Source: Methanothrix sp. | Lineage (GTDB): Archaea; Halobacteriota; Methanosarcinia; Methanotrichales; Methanotrichaceae | NCBI GenBank assembly: GCA_037128175.1 | Contig: JBAXWY010000005.1 | Span: forward strand, 32,001 to 96,000 | Direction of reading: 5' to 3' | DNA: 64,000 nt | In this document: piece by piece, positions 50,648 to 61,286 of the stretch | Position numbering within the stretch: position 1 is the stretch's first letter | Layout: every line of letters starts with the position of its first letter | Made by a program: the position numbers and the translations under genes | The notes under the pieces: generated by a model | Told to the model about the DNA's origin: nothing | Seen by the model: only the letters and a program-made list of their open reading frames with translations | Database searches by the model: none

Positions 50648-50989
50648 ATGGCTGATGATGAGCTTGCAAATTTAAGACAAAAGAGGATGGACCAGATCCA
50701 AAAACAGCAAATGGATTCGCAGATGGCTGCGGCTCAGCAGGAGCAGGCCCAGCAGGAGATGGAGTCCAAAAAGGCAAACCTGATGCGGACCATCCTAACA
50801 CCTGAAGCACGGGAACGGCTCAATGCGATACGCATGACCAAGCCTGAGTTCGTCACTCAGATTGAAGGCCAGCTCATCATGCTTGCTCAAAGCGGCAGGC
50901 TGAGGGGCGCAATCACCGACGAGCAACTCAAGGCGATCCTCAAGCAGGCTCAGCCCACGAAGAGAGACATCACCATAACCAGGAGATAA
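50648..50989 (+). CDS. PDCD5-related DNA-binding protein
   Basis: [18 protein letters not shown] and LIMLAQSGR. Confidence 0.93.
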   Translation: MADDELANLRQKRMDQIQKQQMDSQMAAAQQEQAQQEMESKKANLMRTILTPEARERLNAIRMTKPEFVTQIEGQLIMLAQSGRLRGAITDEQLKAILKQAQPTKRDITITRR

Positions 50990-51013
50990 AGCGGCTGAAG
51001 CTGTAGGCAGTTC

Positions 51014-51670
51014 ATGAAGGTTGCAGTCTTATTTTCCGGCGGAAAAGATAGCAGCTTGGCGGCTCTTCTTCTCGAACCGTTCTTTGACGAGATAGAGCTT
51101 GTCACCTTCAGCTTCGGCCATGATGATACCTGGACGAGAGCGGCTGATGCAGCACGAGAGCTTGACCATCCCCACAGGAGGATGGTCTTTGAAGATAGCG
51201 TCCTGGAGCGGGCCCTGGAGATACTGCTTTGCACGGGCTATCCCAATGATGCTCTCAATTATGTTCATCCCATTGCAGTAGAAACTGTAGCTAAAGAGTG
51301 CGAATTTGTGGCGGACGGGACGAGGCGGGATGATCGCGCACCCAAAATGGGCTTTAGCGCTATCCGAAGCCTGGAAGACCGGTTGCATATGCAATACTTA
51401 AGACCCCTGGCGGGCCTGGGTCAAAAGACGATCCGGGCCATGGCCTCGCGCTATTTGGACTTCGAGGAAGAGCTATCCGAGAGGTATCCCGCCTCAGACT
51501 TCGAGGTGGGCCTGAGATATGCGCTAAAAGAGAGGTGCGGCCAGGCTAAGGTCGATGAGATCTTCCCCTCCAATCATACGCACACCAGAGTTATCCGGAG
51601 GAAGAGATTTGTCCAAGAAATTAAAGGGCAAGAAGATCAGGCTTGCCAAGGCGTTCAATCAGAATCGTAG
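51014..51670 (+). CDS. PP-loop ATPase family protein conserved in the archaeal rps19e-rpl39e cluster
   Basis: [10 protein letters not shown] and ADGTRRDDR. Confidence 0.8.
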   Translation: MKVAVLFSGGKDSSLAALLLEPFFDEIELVTFSFGHDDTWTRAADAARELDHPHRRMVFEDSVLERALEILLCTGYPNDALNYVHPIAVETVAKECEFVADGTRRDDRAPKMGFSAIRSLEDRLHMQYLRPLAGLGQKTIRAMASRYLDFEEELSERYPASDFEVGLRYALKERCGQAKVDEIFPSNHTHTRVIRRKRFVQEIKGQEDQACQGVQSES

Positions 51671-51761
51671 GGTTCCCTCCTGGGTCATTGTCAAGACCAT
51701 GAGGAAAGTAGTCACTCATCCCAAGAGACGACATTGGAGAAGAAGCAGCTTAGAGAGATAG
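51609..51761 (+). CDS. rpl39e: 50S ribosomal protein L39e
   Basis: TTG start; [28 protein letters not shown]. Confidence 0.95.
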   Translation: MSKKLKGKKIRLAKAFNQNRRVPSWVIVKTMRKVVTHPKRRHWRRSSLER

Positions 51762-51763
51762 AC

Positions 51764-52030
51764 ATGGCGGACACAGAACGAGTTTACACCATACCCCTGG
51801 GTATAGTCAAGTGCGCTCCCATTTACAGAAGGTCCAACCGGGCCATAACCGAGATTAGAACCTACCTCGCCCGGCATATGAAGGTGGAAAAGAAAAATAT
51901 AAAGATCGACCCGGGTCTAAGCGAAGTCATCTGGGCCAGAGGCGATATGAAGCCTCCCCGGCGCGTAAGGGTACGCGCGGTCAAGTTCGAAGACGGCGGG
52001 GTTGAGGCGGAGTTTGCTGGTGACAGATAA
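51764..52030 (+). CDS. rpl31e: 50S ribosomal protein L31e
   Basis: ERVYTIPL and IWARG..KPPRRVRV. Confidence 0.95.
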   Translation: MADTERVYTIPLGIVKCAPIYRRSNRAITEIRTYLARHMKVEKKNIKIDPGLSEVIWARGDMKPPRRVRVRAVKFEDGGVEAEFAGDR

Positions 52031-52685
52031 ACGATTAAAGATAGCAGGAAGCAGCCTTCTCGGTGTATTTGCCAAATGCACGGATAAGGTTCTACTCGTA
52101 CCGCAGGAAGTGGGCGAAGCCGATCGGCAATTACTCGAGGCCGGGCTGAAAGTTCCGTCCGTGCGGGTACTGGCCGGTGTAGGCTCCGTCTTGGGGTCCC
52201 TGGTCGCGGCCAATAGCAATGGCTTCGTGGTAACCCATCACGCTGGCAGTGAGGAGCTCAAGGTTCTTCGCGAACACGGCGAGGTCGCAAGACTGCCGGC
52301 CAGGATCAATGCCGCGGGCAATGTGATTTTGGTCAACGACAGCGCTGCTTTGGTCCATCCGGAGCTGTCTAGCAAGGCCTGCGAAACGATAGAGCAAACT
52401 TTAGGCGTAAAGTTGGAGAAAGGCACTATCGGTGGCCTGAAGACCGTGGGGATGGCAGGAGTGGCAACAAACAAAGGGCTTCTTGTGCACCCACGCATCT
52501 CCGAAGAGGAGGTAGCCGTCTTAGAGGGGCTTTTCGGGCTGCCTGTGGACGTGGGCACAGTGAACCTCGGCTCGCCGCTGGTGGGCTCGGGTGTGCTGGC
52601 CAACAGCCATGGTTACTTCGCAGGTACAGGGACTTCCGGCCCAGAGCTGGGGCGCATCGAGGACGCACTAGGTTTCCTGGTTTAA
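52020..52685 (+). CDS. eif6: Translation initiation factor 6
   Basis: AANSNG, AAGNVILVND..ALVHP, GTVNLG and TSGPELGRIEDAL; start uncertain (52002 or 52020). Confidence 0.95.
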   Translation: MTDKRLKIAGSSLLGVFAKCTDKVLLVPQEVGEADRQLLEAGLKVPSVRVLAGVGSVLGSLVAANSNGFVVTHHAGSEELKVLREHGEVARLPARINAAGNVILVNDSAALVHPELSSKACETIEQTLGVKLEKGTIGGLKTVGMAGVATNKGLLVHPRISEEEVAVLEGLFGLPVDVGTVNLGSPLVGSGVLANSHGYFAGTGTSGPELGRIEDALGFLV

Positions 52686-52714
52686 TGAATGATGAATAGA
52701 GTAGGGGTGGAATA

Positions 52715-52903
52715 GTGAGCAAATTCGAGATCAAAGGAAAGTACAAGGGAGGACTTGTCGGCAAGACCTGGCTGCCCTTTAGCAAGGTTGTTGAGAGCCA
52801 GAACGAGAAAAATGCCGTAAATAAAGTCTATTCCCTCATGGGAAGCGAACACGGCCTGAAGAGGAACCTCATCACGATAGACGGGGTGTTGGCTGTTGAG
52901 TAG
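52715..52903 (+). CDS. rpl18a: 50S ribosomal protein L18Ae/LX
   Basis: VYSLMGSEHGLKRNLI and gene context. Confidence 0.9.
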   Translation: MSKFEIKGKYKGGLVGKTWLPFSKVVESQNEKNAVNKVYSLMGSEHGLKRNLITIDGVLAVE

Positions 52904-53360
52904 CGCTCCTGGAGGCGAGGAAGAGGTCAGAAGGCTCCTGGCCACATATCAGCAGTATCAGGCTCAAGCGGACGGCATAATGCAACAGCTCAGTCTGACA
53001 CAGATGACGGCTGAGGGCTTGGAGAGGGCACTCTTAGCAGTAGAGGCCCTGGCCGAGGCACAGGTCGGACAGGAGATTCTCGTTCCCATCGGATCTGGGT
53101 CTTTTATCCACGGAAATCTCGCCTCTAAGGAGAAAGTAGTCTTGAATGTGGGCGCGGGCGTTAGCATTGAAAAGACCGCCGCCGAGGCTAAGGATATTCT
53201 GACTGTCCGAAAGGCAGAAGTTCTTGAAGGATCTAAAAAGCTTAATGAAGTGCTTACCAAGATCGATCAAGAGATGCAGAAGATCCAGGCCGTAATGCAG
53301 CAATTTGAAGAGAGCGCTAATTCGCATCAGCACGGACCGGGGTGCGAAGGGGTTGTTTAG
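52896..53360 (+). CDS. pfdA: Prefoldin alpha subunit
   Basis: EILVPIGSGSF and VGAGVSIEK. Confidence 0.95.
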   Translation: MSSAPGGEEEVRRLLATYQQYQAQADGIMQQLSLTQMTAEGLERALLAVEALAEAQVGQEILVPIGSGSFIHGNLASKEKVVLNVGAGVSIEKTAAEAKDILTVRKAEVLEGSKKLNEVLTKIDQEMQKIQAVMQQFEESANSHQHGPGCEGVV

Positions 53361-54546
53361 TCGCTTTAAGGAGAAGCTCTCCGGCTTCAAAGAGGCTCTG
53401 TCCTCCAAAATTGCCGAGAAGGTCTCCCTGGCCGAGAAGATAGCTGGAAAGAAAGATGATAAAGAGATAGGCAGCATAGGTAGCCAGACCGAAGCACTCC
53501 CTCTCCCTGCGGCAGATAAAAATGCTGCCCTGGAGAAGTCTTCTGCAACCAATACCAATCTCTCCAGTACAACTCTCTCCAGTGCATCCCCCGTAAAACC
53601 TTCTCTGTTTCCAGAAAAGGCCGCTACCGACAACAAGCCTAAAAGCCGATTCTCCTTCCTGGAAAAGGCTAAGAGCCTGATATTTGAGCAGGAAATAATA
53701 CTGGAAGAAAAGGATCTTGAGGGGCCCATGTGGGCTCTGGAGATGGCCCTTATGGAGAGCGACGTGGCCCTGCCCGTGGCGGAAGAGATCATCAGAGAGG
53801 TTAAGAGCGATCTGGTGGGAAAGAAGAGAAAAATCGGTGCAGACACAGGGGCCATCGCCGAGCAGTCTCTGCGAAATGCTCTTTTAACGATTCTTTCCAG
53901 GAATTATCTGGACTTTGACGAGTACATCAAGACCAAAGAAAAACCCATCAAGATTCTTTTCGTAGGTGTGAACGGCACGGGAAAGACAACCAGCATCGCC
54001 AAGGTGGCCCGGTATCTGATGAACCAGAGCTACTCCGTAGTCCTGGCAGCAGGCGATACCTTCCGAGCCGGAGCCATTGAGCAGCTTGAGGTGCACGGCA
54101 ATAGCCTGGGCCTTAAAGTTGTCAAGCACAAGACGGGCGGCGATCCGGCGGCTGTGATCTTTGACGCCATCGAGTATGCCAAGGCACACAACAAGGATGT
54201 GGTTCTGGCGGATACGGCGGGAAGGCTGCACACCAATATCAATCTCATGGATCAGATGAGAAAGATTGTGCGCGTGACCAAGCCCGATCTGCTCATCTTC
54301 GTGGATGAAGCAATAGCCGGAAACGATGCCGTGGAGAGGGCGCGCCTCTTCAACGAGTCGGTGCCCATCGACGGCTCCATTCTTACCAAGACGGATGCCG
54401 ACGCCAAGGGCGGCTCCGCGATCTCCATTGCCTACATCACCGGCAAGCCCGTGCTCTTTTTGGGCGTGGGCCAGACCTATCCCGACCTGGTGAAGTTCGA
54501 GCCAGAGTGGCTGGTGGATAGATTGATGGGAGAAGCGGAAGCGTAA
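53353..54546 (+). CDS. ftsY: SRP receptor FtsY
   Basis: GVNGTGKTT, DTFRAGA, DTAGR and TKTDADAKGG. Confidence 0.96.
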   Translation: MFSRFKEKLSGFKEALSSKIAEKVSLAEKIAGKKDDKEIGSIGSQTEALPLPAADKNAALEKSSATNTNLSSTTLSSASPVKPSLFPEKAATDNKPKSRFSFLEKAKSLIFEQEIILEEKDLEGPMWALEMALMESDVALPVAEEIIREVKSDLVGKKRKIGADTGAIAEQSLRNALLTILSRNYLDFDEYIKTKEKPIKILFVGVNGTGKTTSIAKVARYLMNQSYSVVLAAGDTFRAGAIEQLEVHGNSLGLKVVKHKTGGDPAAVIFDAIEYAKAHNKDVVLADTAGRLHTNINLMDQMRKIVRVTKPDLLIFVDEAIAGNDAVERARLFNESVPIDGSILTKTDADAKGGSAISIAYITGKPVLFLGVGQTYPDLVKFEPEWLVDRLMGEAEA

Positions 54547-54668
54547 ACTCTTTTTTGAGTCCGCACCAACATAAAAATGGTTTATCATTTCCGATCGTAT
54601 CCTGCTCCTGGCAAGTTAGGAACGCAACTTGTTATGGATTGCTGAAAAAATATGGGATTTTGAAAATC

Positions 54669-56579
54669 CTAATGAATTGCTTTATTGTTCCACTCAATCA
54701 TCATGATAGCTGGCGCTTTGCTGTTGTACTTCAATGTATGCGTCTTTCGAGTGTGCACAAATATCTTCAGCAGATATCGATCACCACTCTCATCGGTAAA
54801 ATACAAATACATGTAACCTGAACCGGCGCCTTTTGGCCCTTGGGCGTCAACGCTGAGTTGATACTCATATATTCCTGATCCTTTGTCGAGACGAATTCCA
54901 AAGACTGCTCCATTGTCGTTTGCGATCATGCAGCTCGACAGATCCGATTTGCCATTGAGCACTACGGACTCTGTTGGCTGAAGACCCGCCACTGAAACTG
55001 CCGACGAGTTCTGACCGCACTTGCCCTTAAATGATCCTCCGACCACGCCAGGAATGACTTTGAAATTGACGAAGAGAGGATGCCCTGTTTTAGGAACCTG
55101 TCCTGGTGGCAGCCATCCTCCATCCCCGGCCTTTGCCTGGAAACTGCTTCCTCCGGAGCAACTATTGGGATAGATGCCCGTAGGGCAGTCAAAACAAAAG
55201 ACATAATTTGTGCCGTCATCTGCCCGATAAACAACAACAGCATCTGAACCATGCGGTAGTGGAGTCGAATCTGGATAATCCTGCAACCACAGGGTCGCTT
55301 GCGACCTCGCTGCTATATGCTGGGGAAGGTTAATGAAGTGACCGTGACCAACGTCGCAGCGTGCAAGGGTGAGGTTTTGGTTATTTTGGGAATTGTCGAT
55401 AAGCACATAACACGAAAAGTCCATGAAAGGCGTGATTACTATTGATGTAGTCGGTGCAGGGCAAGCAACGATTGCAAAACTGCCGTCAGCTTGGAGAATG
55501 ACTTGTTTGATTTCCGTAGTTAAAGAATCCTTATTGACAACTGTGAAGGAAATGGCTTTTTTCGGCATGTCGGCTGTAGATGGGCACTCGAAGCCAGAGT
55601 TTATGTAGCTAACCAGTGACCCCGAGAGTCCTGAGATGGGTGCATGAGTGTGACCCATGACCACAACCTGAGCATTGCTTCTGAAGGCCTGGCGTTGCGC
55701 AAACCATCCCATATACGAAGCGTCATAATCGGCCAGGGCCGCCTTTACTGCAACGAGCAGTCCATCTTTACCGCCGCCGCTTTCTGCCACCCACCTGGTG
55801 AAGATATCGTTGTACACTGCCTTGACCTCAGTCAGCGTTGTTATTGAGCCGTTCGCTAGCAGAATCGGCCATGATTCCGACACACCTTCTTTCCCTGCGA
55901 TGCCATCAATAAGTGCTGCGGAAATCGATACATCGAAATTCTTTAGCGCATTTAGGATGATCGATAGCGCGTCTATGCCATTGGGATAACCCTGATCTTT
56001 TAATTCCGATACATTTTTGCCAGCTGGCAAATTAGACTGCCAATATGTGGCAATAGTCCGGGTCACAAAGTGTCCAACAGGCAACGGGGCCCACTTGGTA
56101 GCTAAATCAGGAGCATTGAACATCGTAAAATCATTGCCATGCGTCATAAGTATGCGCGAATCGCCTGCAGGATTGTAATTTTTTTGGGAAAACCTGAGAT
56201 TATGTCCGCCTGGGCTCTTGACCGAGGCGACATCAGCTCCGGTAACAGACATGTCATGATTTCCAGGGATGTACGTCACGGCTCCCCCTAGAGCATCGAG
56301 GACTCTTGCTAGCCCTCCTTGCAGCCCGAAAACGTTAGGGTTTTTCGAGGCGATCGTTGCGAAACTTGGCGGTTGAACATTGAACGGATAGGTCCAGGTA
56401 TCAACAACATCACCTGCCAAGACAAGTTCGCTAACATTCTCGGCATTTTCTACAATCCATTTGAGAATTGTCAGCAAATATTGTTCATGAACGCTTTTTT
56501 GATACCAACATGTCGGCGAATTGTCACCGATGTGGATGTCGCTCAACATAACGATTTTATTTTTCATAAAATTCCTCAC
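54669..56579 (-). CDS. Calcineurin-like metallophosphoesterase fused to an aegerolysin-like domain and an unknown beta domain
   Basis: DIH, GDVVD, GNHD, HG and GHTH motifs; then IDN...L......G.....P..I......G....V.Y......FDCP....N. Confidence 0.7.
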   Translation of the reverse strand: MRNFMKNKIVMLSDIHIGDNSPTCWYQKSVHEQYLLTILKWIVENAENVSELVLAGDVVDTWTYPFNVQPPSFATIASKNPNVFGLQGGLARVLDALGGAVTYIPGNHDMSVTGADVASVKSPGGHNLRFSQKNYNPAGDSRILMTHGNDFTMFNAPDLATKWAPLPVGHFVTRTIATYWQSNLPAGKNVSELKDQGYPNGIDALSIILNALKNFDVSISAALIDGIAGKEGVSESWPILLANGSITTLTEVKAVYNDIFTRWVAESGGGKDGLLVAVKAALADYDASYMGWFAQRQAFRSNAQVVVMGHTHAPISGLSGSLVSYINSGFECPSTADMPKKAISFTVVNKDSLTTEIKQVILQADGSFAIVACPAPTTSIVITPFMDFSCYVLIDNSQNNQNLTLARCDVGHGHFINLPQHIAARSQATLWLQDYPDSTPLPHGSDAVVVYRADDGTNYVFCFDCPTGIYPNSCSGGSSFQAKAGDGGWLPPGQVPKTGHPLFVNFKVIPGVVGGSFKGKCGQNSSAVSVAGLQPTESVVLNGKSDLSSCMIANDNGAVFGIRLDKGSGIYEYQLSVDAQGPKGAGSGYMYLYFTDESGDRYLLKIFVHTRKTHTLKYNSKAPAIMMIEWNNKAIH

Positions 56580-56841
56580 TCATTCTATATACATAAGCTT
56601 TCATCTCAGTTAGACTTTGCAGACATAGCATATATTTTTTTGCAAGTCTCAGGAAAAACCATCATTGGACATTCATGGAATGCTCCAACATGACGCCATT
56701 CAATGCCATCCGCTCCTAACTCAAATCCTCTCTTAGGAGTACTCTAAGAATGGAGCAAGGAAAAAATGATCAAATGGAGAAAAAAGATTGAAGAGAAATG
56801 ATGTTTTCCTCCAATCTTCCTGAGGCCTTTGGAACTACGCA

Positions 56842-57639
56842 TCAATCCAGGATCTTGATGGCCTCTTCTGCCGTCTTGCCCTTGTTGACAATAGCCGCAA
56901 TGGCCATGGTCATCTTCACAGGGTCGCTGGCCTGGAAGACATTTCTGCCGATGGCCACGCCCCGCGCGCCCGCCTGCAGGGCTCCCTCGATCATTTGCAG
57001 GAACTCCATGTCCGTCTCGGTCTTGGGCCCGCCGGCAATGACCACAGGCACCGGACAGCCCTCCACCACTTGCCGGAAGGAATCTATATCGCCAGTGTAG
57101 TTGGTCTTGACGATATCCGCGCCAAGTTCCGCTCCGGCCCGGGCGGCATGGGCCACGACCTCCACATCATTGGGGTTCAAGATGGCTTTGCCGCGCGGGT
57201 ACATCATGGCTATGAGCGGCATGCCCCAGAAGTCACAGCGTTCACTGACACAGCCCAGTATGCTGAGCTGATCGGACTCTGTCTCAGAGCCGATGTTGAT
57301 GTGAACGGAAACTGCATCAGCACCCATCTTCAGGCACTCCTCCACCAGGCAGACCTGCACCTTGTTGTTGGGATCGGGGCCGAGGGATGTGGAGGCGCTC
57401 ATGTGCACAATCAGGCCGACATCCCGACCGTAGCCGCGATGTCCATGCCGAACCATTCCCTTCTGCTGGAGAACGGCATTGGCTCCACCCTTGGCCACCT
57501 TGTTTACCATTTCCGGCAGATCGACCAATCCCTTGATGGGGCCGACAGATATGCCGTGGTCCAGTGGAATTATGACTGTGTTCCCGCTGTCTCTGTCCAT
57601 TATCCTTTCAATTCTTACTCTCTTGCCAATCTCACCCAA
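56842..57639 (-). CDS. 2-amino-3,7-dideoxy-D-threo-hept-6-ulosonate synthase (DhnA-type class I aldolase)
   Basis: [33 protein letters not shown] and GRNVFQ. Confidence 0.85.
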   Translation of the reverse strand: MGEIGKRVRIERIMDRDSGNTVIIPLDHGISVGPIKGLVDLPEMVNKVAKGGANAVLQQKGMVRHGHRGYGRDVGLIVHMSASTSLGPDPNNKVQVCLVEECLKMGADAVSVHINIGSETESDQLSILGCVSERCDFWGMPLIAMMYPRGKAILNPNDVEVVAHAARAGAELGADIVKTNYTGDIDSFRQVVEGCPVPVVIAGGPKTETDMEFLQMIEGALQAGARGVAIGRNVFQASDPVKMTMAIAAIVNKGKTAEEAIKILD

Positions 57640-57742
57640 ATCGTATCATCTCGTGAATGCTAACATGCTCCATGCTAACACGTATCATATTTAAGGATTG
57701 CGATTAGCTTGATTACGATTAATAAAAAAATTTTAGAAATGA

Positions 57743-58135
57743 CTAGCTGCAACCGCAGTCGCCGTGATCGTGCCCGCAGCCGCTGTGGTCATGGTCGTGG
57801 TCGCAACTGCTGTGATCATGCTCGCAGCTGTCGACATTGCCACAAGAACCACAACTTGATACTTCATCTTCTGGACCCCGAATGATGAAACCGGTTCCTC
57901 GATCGTCGTCCACATAATCAATTATAGTCTCGCTGAGCATTTCAGTATCTTCCGGGCTCATGTAGACCTTTATGCCCCGGCTCTCAAAGACCTTGTCACC
58001 TACTTCCTCGTCTCCCAAAGCCAGACCATAATTCGCGCCGGTAGAATCAATAGCCGCCAGGAACATCCTGATCACTTTGCCTTCCACCAGGCTATTCTTT
58101 ATCATATTGGCTGCCGCCTCTGTAATCTCGATCAT
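57743..58135 (-). CDS. HesB/IscA-like protein with His/Cys-rich tail
   Basis: MIEITEAAA, YGLAL, IDYV..GF; tail CGSC...HDHDH...CGC. Confidence 0.8.
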   Translation of the reverse strand: MIEITEAAANMIKNSLVEGKVIRMFLAAIDSTGANYGLALGDEEVGDKVFESRGIKVYMSPEDTEMLSETIIDYVDDDRGTGFIIRGPEDEVSSCGSCGNVDSCEHDHSSCDHDHDHSGCGHDHGDCGCS

Positions 58136-58246
58136 GAATAACACTCCAAATGTGTATCTTCGCAAAACTGGTATTTAAAGCATTATTATCAGGATCTTCA
58201 GGCAAGAATGGAGGATTTATCATGGAGGAGCAACAAGGGATAAACC

Positions 58247-59257
58247 ATGGGCGTTGATTTGGGAGACCTGCTGCATAGAAAGAAGATCAAGATAAAGGAT
58301 CTCTCCGGAAGATGGGTGGCGATCGATGCCTTCAACACCCTCTACCAGTTCCTGAGCATAATCCGGCAAAAGGACGGCACGCCGCTCATGGACAGCCAGG
58401 GAAGGGTGACCTCGCATCTATCCGGTTTATTGTACCGCACTACCAATCTCATTGAAGCTGGGGTCAAGGTGGCCTTTATCTTCGACGGAGAGCCGCCCTC
58501 CTTTAAGGCAGAAACGCTTGCCCAGAGGTCAGAGATAAGGGATAAGGCGGCAGCCGCCTGGGAAGAAGCAAAGGCCGCCGGCCAGGATGGATTCAAGTAT
58601 GCCCAGGCGGCCTCCCGCATCAACTCCGAGATCCTGGAGGACGGAAGAAGGCTTATTTTAGCCATGGGGCTTCCCGTCATTCAGGCTCCATCGGAAGGCG
58701 AAGCGCAGGCAGCTCGCATGTGCGCAAGGGGCGACGTCGAACTGGTGGGTAGCCAGGACTATGATTCGCTTCTCTTTGGCGCTCCCTTGGTAGTGAGGAA
58801 CCTGGCCATCACCGGCAAGCGGAAGCTTCCCAAGAGGAACGTTTACGTGGATGTGGAGCCTGAGATTATCGATCTGGAGGAAGGGCTGGCCCGCCTGGGC
58901 ATCAGCCGAAAGCAGCTCGTGGAGATTGGCATCATGTGCGGCACCGACTACAACAGCGGCTTAACCCGAGTCGGCCCAAAGACGGCTTTAAAGCTGATCC
59001 GGGAGAAGGGAGATCTGGAATCCATTCTGGCCGAGCAGGAGGAGAAGATCGAGAGCTTCGCACAGATCCGGGAATTCTTCCTTCATCCCAATGTTACGGA
59101 CGATTATGAGGTCAGGATGAAAAAGCCCCGCGTGGATGAGATCGTCTCTTTCCTGGTAGAAGAGCGGGATTTTGATAGGGAGAGAGTGGAAAAGACAGCG
59201 GGAAGGCTGGAGGAGGAATACAAACGTGGCCAGAGCACACTCGACCGCTGGTTCTAA
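58247..59257 (+). CDS. fen: Flap endonuclease 1
   Basis: MGVDLG, DAFNTLYQFLSIIRQ.DG, APSEGEAQAA, SQDYD and PIP box QSTLDRWF. Confidence 0.97.
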   Translation: MGVDLGDLLHRKKIKIKDLSGRWVAIDAFNTLYQFLSIIRQKDGTPLMDSQGRVTSHLSGLLYRTTNLIEAGVKVAFIFDGEPPSFKAETLAQRSEIRDKAAAAWEEAKAAGQDGFKYAQAASRINSEILEDGRRLILAMGLPVIQAPSEGEAQAARMCARGDVELVGSQDYDSLLFGAPLVVRNLAITGKRKLPKRNVYVDVEPEIIDLEEGLARLGISRKQLVEIGIMCGTDYNSGLTRVGPKTALKLIREKGDLESILAEQEEKIESFAQIREFFLHPNVTDDYEVRMKKPRVDEIVSFLVEERDFDRERVEKTAGRLEEEYKRGQSTLDRWF

Positions 59258-60239
59258 CTCCGGCTTCTCCGGCTACGATCTGGACCTGGATAAAGCCATA
59301 GATCTTATCCAAAAGAGCGGGGCGCGTCTTGTGGGCGTTCAGGCTCCGGAGGGGCTGAAGAGGGCCACGCCCGGTTTGGCTCGACATATTGAGGAGAAGA
59401 CGGGAGCCCGTGTCATTATCTCGGGAGATCCCTGCTTTGGGGCCTGCGACGTGGATATGCAGCTTTGCATGGAGGTGGATCTGATGCTCCATCTGGGCCA
59501 TGCACAGCTTTTGGAAGGGCCGGACAATGTCATCTTTTTGGAGGCCAGGATGAAAGAGGACTTGCGAGACGTGGTCGAGAAGGCAGCCATGGTCCTCAAG
59601 GCCAGGAGAGTGGGCGTTACTACTACCATCCAGCATGTGCACAAGCTCGACCAGGCTCTAGAGGTCCTCAAAAAGCATGGCATCCAGGGCGTCGTCGGGC
59701 CGGCAGGGGGCCGGGTAAGGCAAGCGGGCCAGGTTTTGGGCTGCAGCTACAGCACGGCCCGGGCCCTGGATGTGGAGGAGTATCTCTTCATCGGCACAGG
59801 ACAGTTTCATCCTCTGGGCATCGCCCTGGCCACGGGCAAGAGAGTAGTAATCGCAGATCCGGCTACCGGCGAGGTATCGGAGATCGATACCGACCCCATG
59901 CTGCGGCGGCGCTTTGGGGCCATCACCCGGGCCGGAGAGGCGAAGCGCTTCGCCATCCTGGTTTCCAAGAAGCCCGGACAGAAACGGATGGAGCTGGCAA
60001 CAAGGCTGAAGGCCTTGGGAGAGTCCAGAGGCCGGGAGATGTTCCTGGTTTATCTGGACAATATCGAGCCGGACCGGCTGCTCAATCTGGGAGCGGAGGC
60101 GGCGGTGTCCACGGCCTGCCCCAGGGTTGCGCTCGATGATGCTGCCAAATATCGAATACCCATTCTTACGCCGCCCGAATTCGAGGTGCTGCTGGGGGAG
60201 AGAGAGTGGGAGGAATATGAGTTTGATGAGATTGAATGA
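59172..60239 (+). CDS. dph2: Diphthamide biosynthesis enzyme Dph2 (start uncertain)
   Basis: QAPEGLK, PCFGACD, GQVLGC and TACPR. Confidence 0.93.
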   Translation: MIGREWKRQREGWRRNTNVARAHSTAGSNSGFSGYDLDLDKAIDLIQKSGARLVGVQAPEGLKRATPGLARHIEEKTGARVIISGDPCFGACDVDMQLCMEVDLMLHLGHAQLLEGPDNVIFLEARMKEDLRDVVEKAAMVLKARRVGVTTTIQHVHKLDQALEVLKKHGIQGVVGPAGGRVRQAGQVLGCSYSTARALDVEEYLFIGTGQFHPLGIALATGKRVVIADPATGEVSEIDTDPMLRRRFGAITRAGEAKRFAILVSKKPGQKRMELATRLKALGESRGREMFLVYLDNIEPDRLLNLGAEAAVSTACPRVALDDAAKYRIPILTPPEFEVLLGEREWEEYEFDEIE

Positions 60240-60240
60240 C

Positions 60241-61251
60241 ATGTGTGAATCGAAAACCATCTGGTGGGACGGCGGCCTGTGTCTGATCGATCAGACCCGT
60301 CTGCCTGGCGAGCTTTTGCCCCTCTGCATAAAAAGCGTCCGGCAGCTCATCGAAGCGATCAAGACCCTGCGCGTGCGCGGTGCGCCGGCTCTTGGTGCCG
60401 CAGGAGGCTATGGGATAGCGCTGGCTGCAGAGCTCTCCCGGGCCGCCAACGCCTTTGAGTTGATGGATGAACTGGAGAATGCCGCCCATATGATCAAAGG
60501 CTCGCGCCCTACCGCCATCAACCTCTCCTGGGGAGTGGATCGAGTCATGCGGGCGGCGGCCCTTCAGGAGACGGCGGAAGATATTCGTATGGCAGCTCTT
60601 CGTGAGGCGGAGGAGATCGCCCGGGAAGATGTGCAGATCAACAAGCTCCTGGGCAAGAATGGAGCCCGGCTATTGGATGACGGGGACCATGTCCTCACTC
60701 ACTGCAATGCCGGAAGGCTGGCCTGCGTGGGCTGGGGAACGGCTTTGGGCGTCATCCGATCCGCAGTTGCCGCAGGCAAGCATATCCATGTCTACGCCTG
60801 CGAGACCCGGCCTATGCACCAGGGATCGCGTCTGACCGCCTGGGAGCTGACAGAGGACGAAATACCGGTCACGCTCATCTGCGAAGGCATGTCCGGCAGC
60901 CTGATGAGGAAGGGCAAAATCGATAAGGTCATAGTGGGTGCCGACCGCATCACCAGGGACGTCGTCTTCAACAAGATCGGCACCTACAGTCATGCTGTTT
61001 TGGCCCGCTATCACAAGGTCCCCTTCTATGTGGCAGCGCCGCTCTCCACCTTCGACCGCCTGCACCAGGAAGATGACATTGTGGTGGAAGAGCGCGATGC
61101 TGAGGAGATCTGCTCCCTGGCGGGCACGCGCCTCGCGCCCCAGGGCATCGAAGTCTACAATCCTGCCTTCGATGCCACGCCCCTGGAAATGGTGTCGGCC
61201 CTGATCACAGAGAAGGGCGTCTTCCGGCCACCGCTTATGCCGCCCATCTGA
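60241..61251 (+). CDS. mtnA: S-methyl-5-thioribose-1-phosphate isomerase
   Basis: DQTRLP, VRGAPALG, RPTAINL, THCNAG, ETRP and NPAFDATP. Confidence 0.92.
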   Translation: MCESKTIWWDGGLCLIDQTRLPGELLPLCIKSVRQLIEAIKTLRVRGAPALGAAGGYGIALAAELSRAANAFELMDELENAAHMIKGSRPTAINLSWGVDRVMRAAALQETAEDIRMAALREAEEIAREDVQINKLLGKNGARLLDDGDHVLTHCNAGRLACVGWGTALGVIRSAVAAGKHIHVYACETRPMHQGSRLTAWELTEDEIPVTLICEGMSGSLMRKGKIDKVIVGADRITRDVVFNKIGTYSHAVLARYHKVPFYVAAPLSTFDRLHQEDDIVVEERDAEEICSLAGTRLAPQGIEVYNPAFDATPLEMVSALITEKGVFRPPLMPPI

Positions 61252-61286
61252 AAAGCATTTTAAGACGGGAGGATCAAATTGCTCTT

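Noticed and set aside
56710-56760. Near-palindrome TCTTAGGAGTACTCTAAGA as a mobile-element end for the phosphoesterase gene
   Set aside because: No matching partner found on the ftsY side; could be a terminator or operator.
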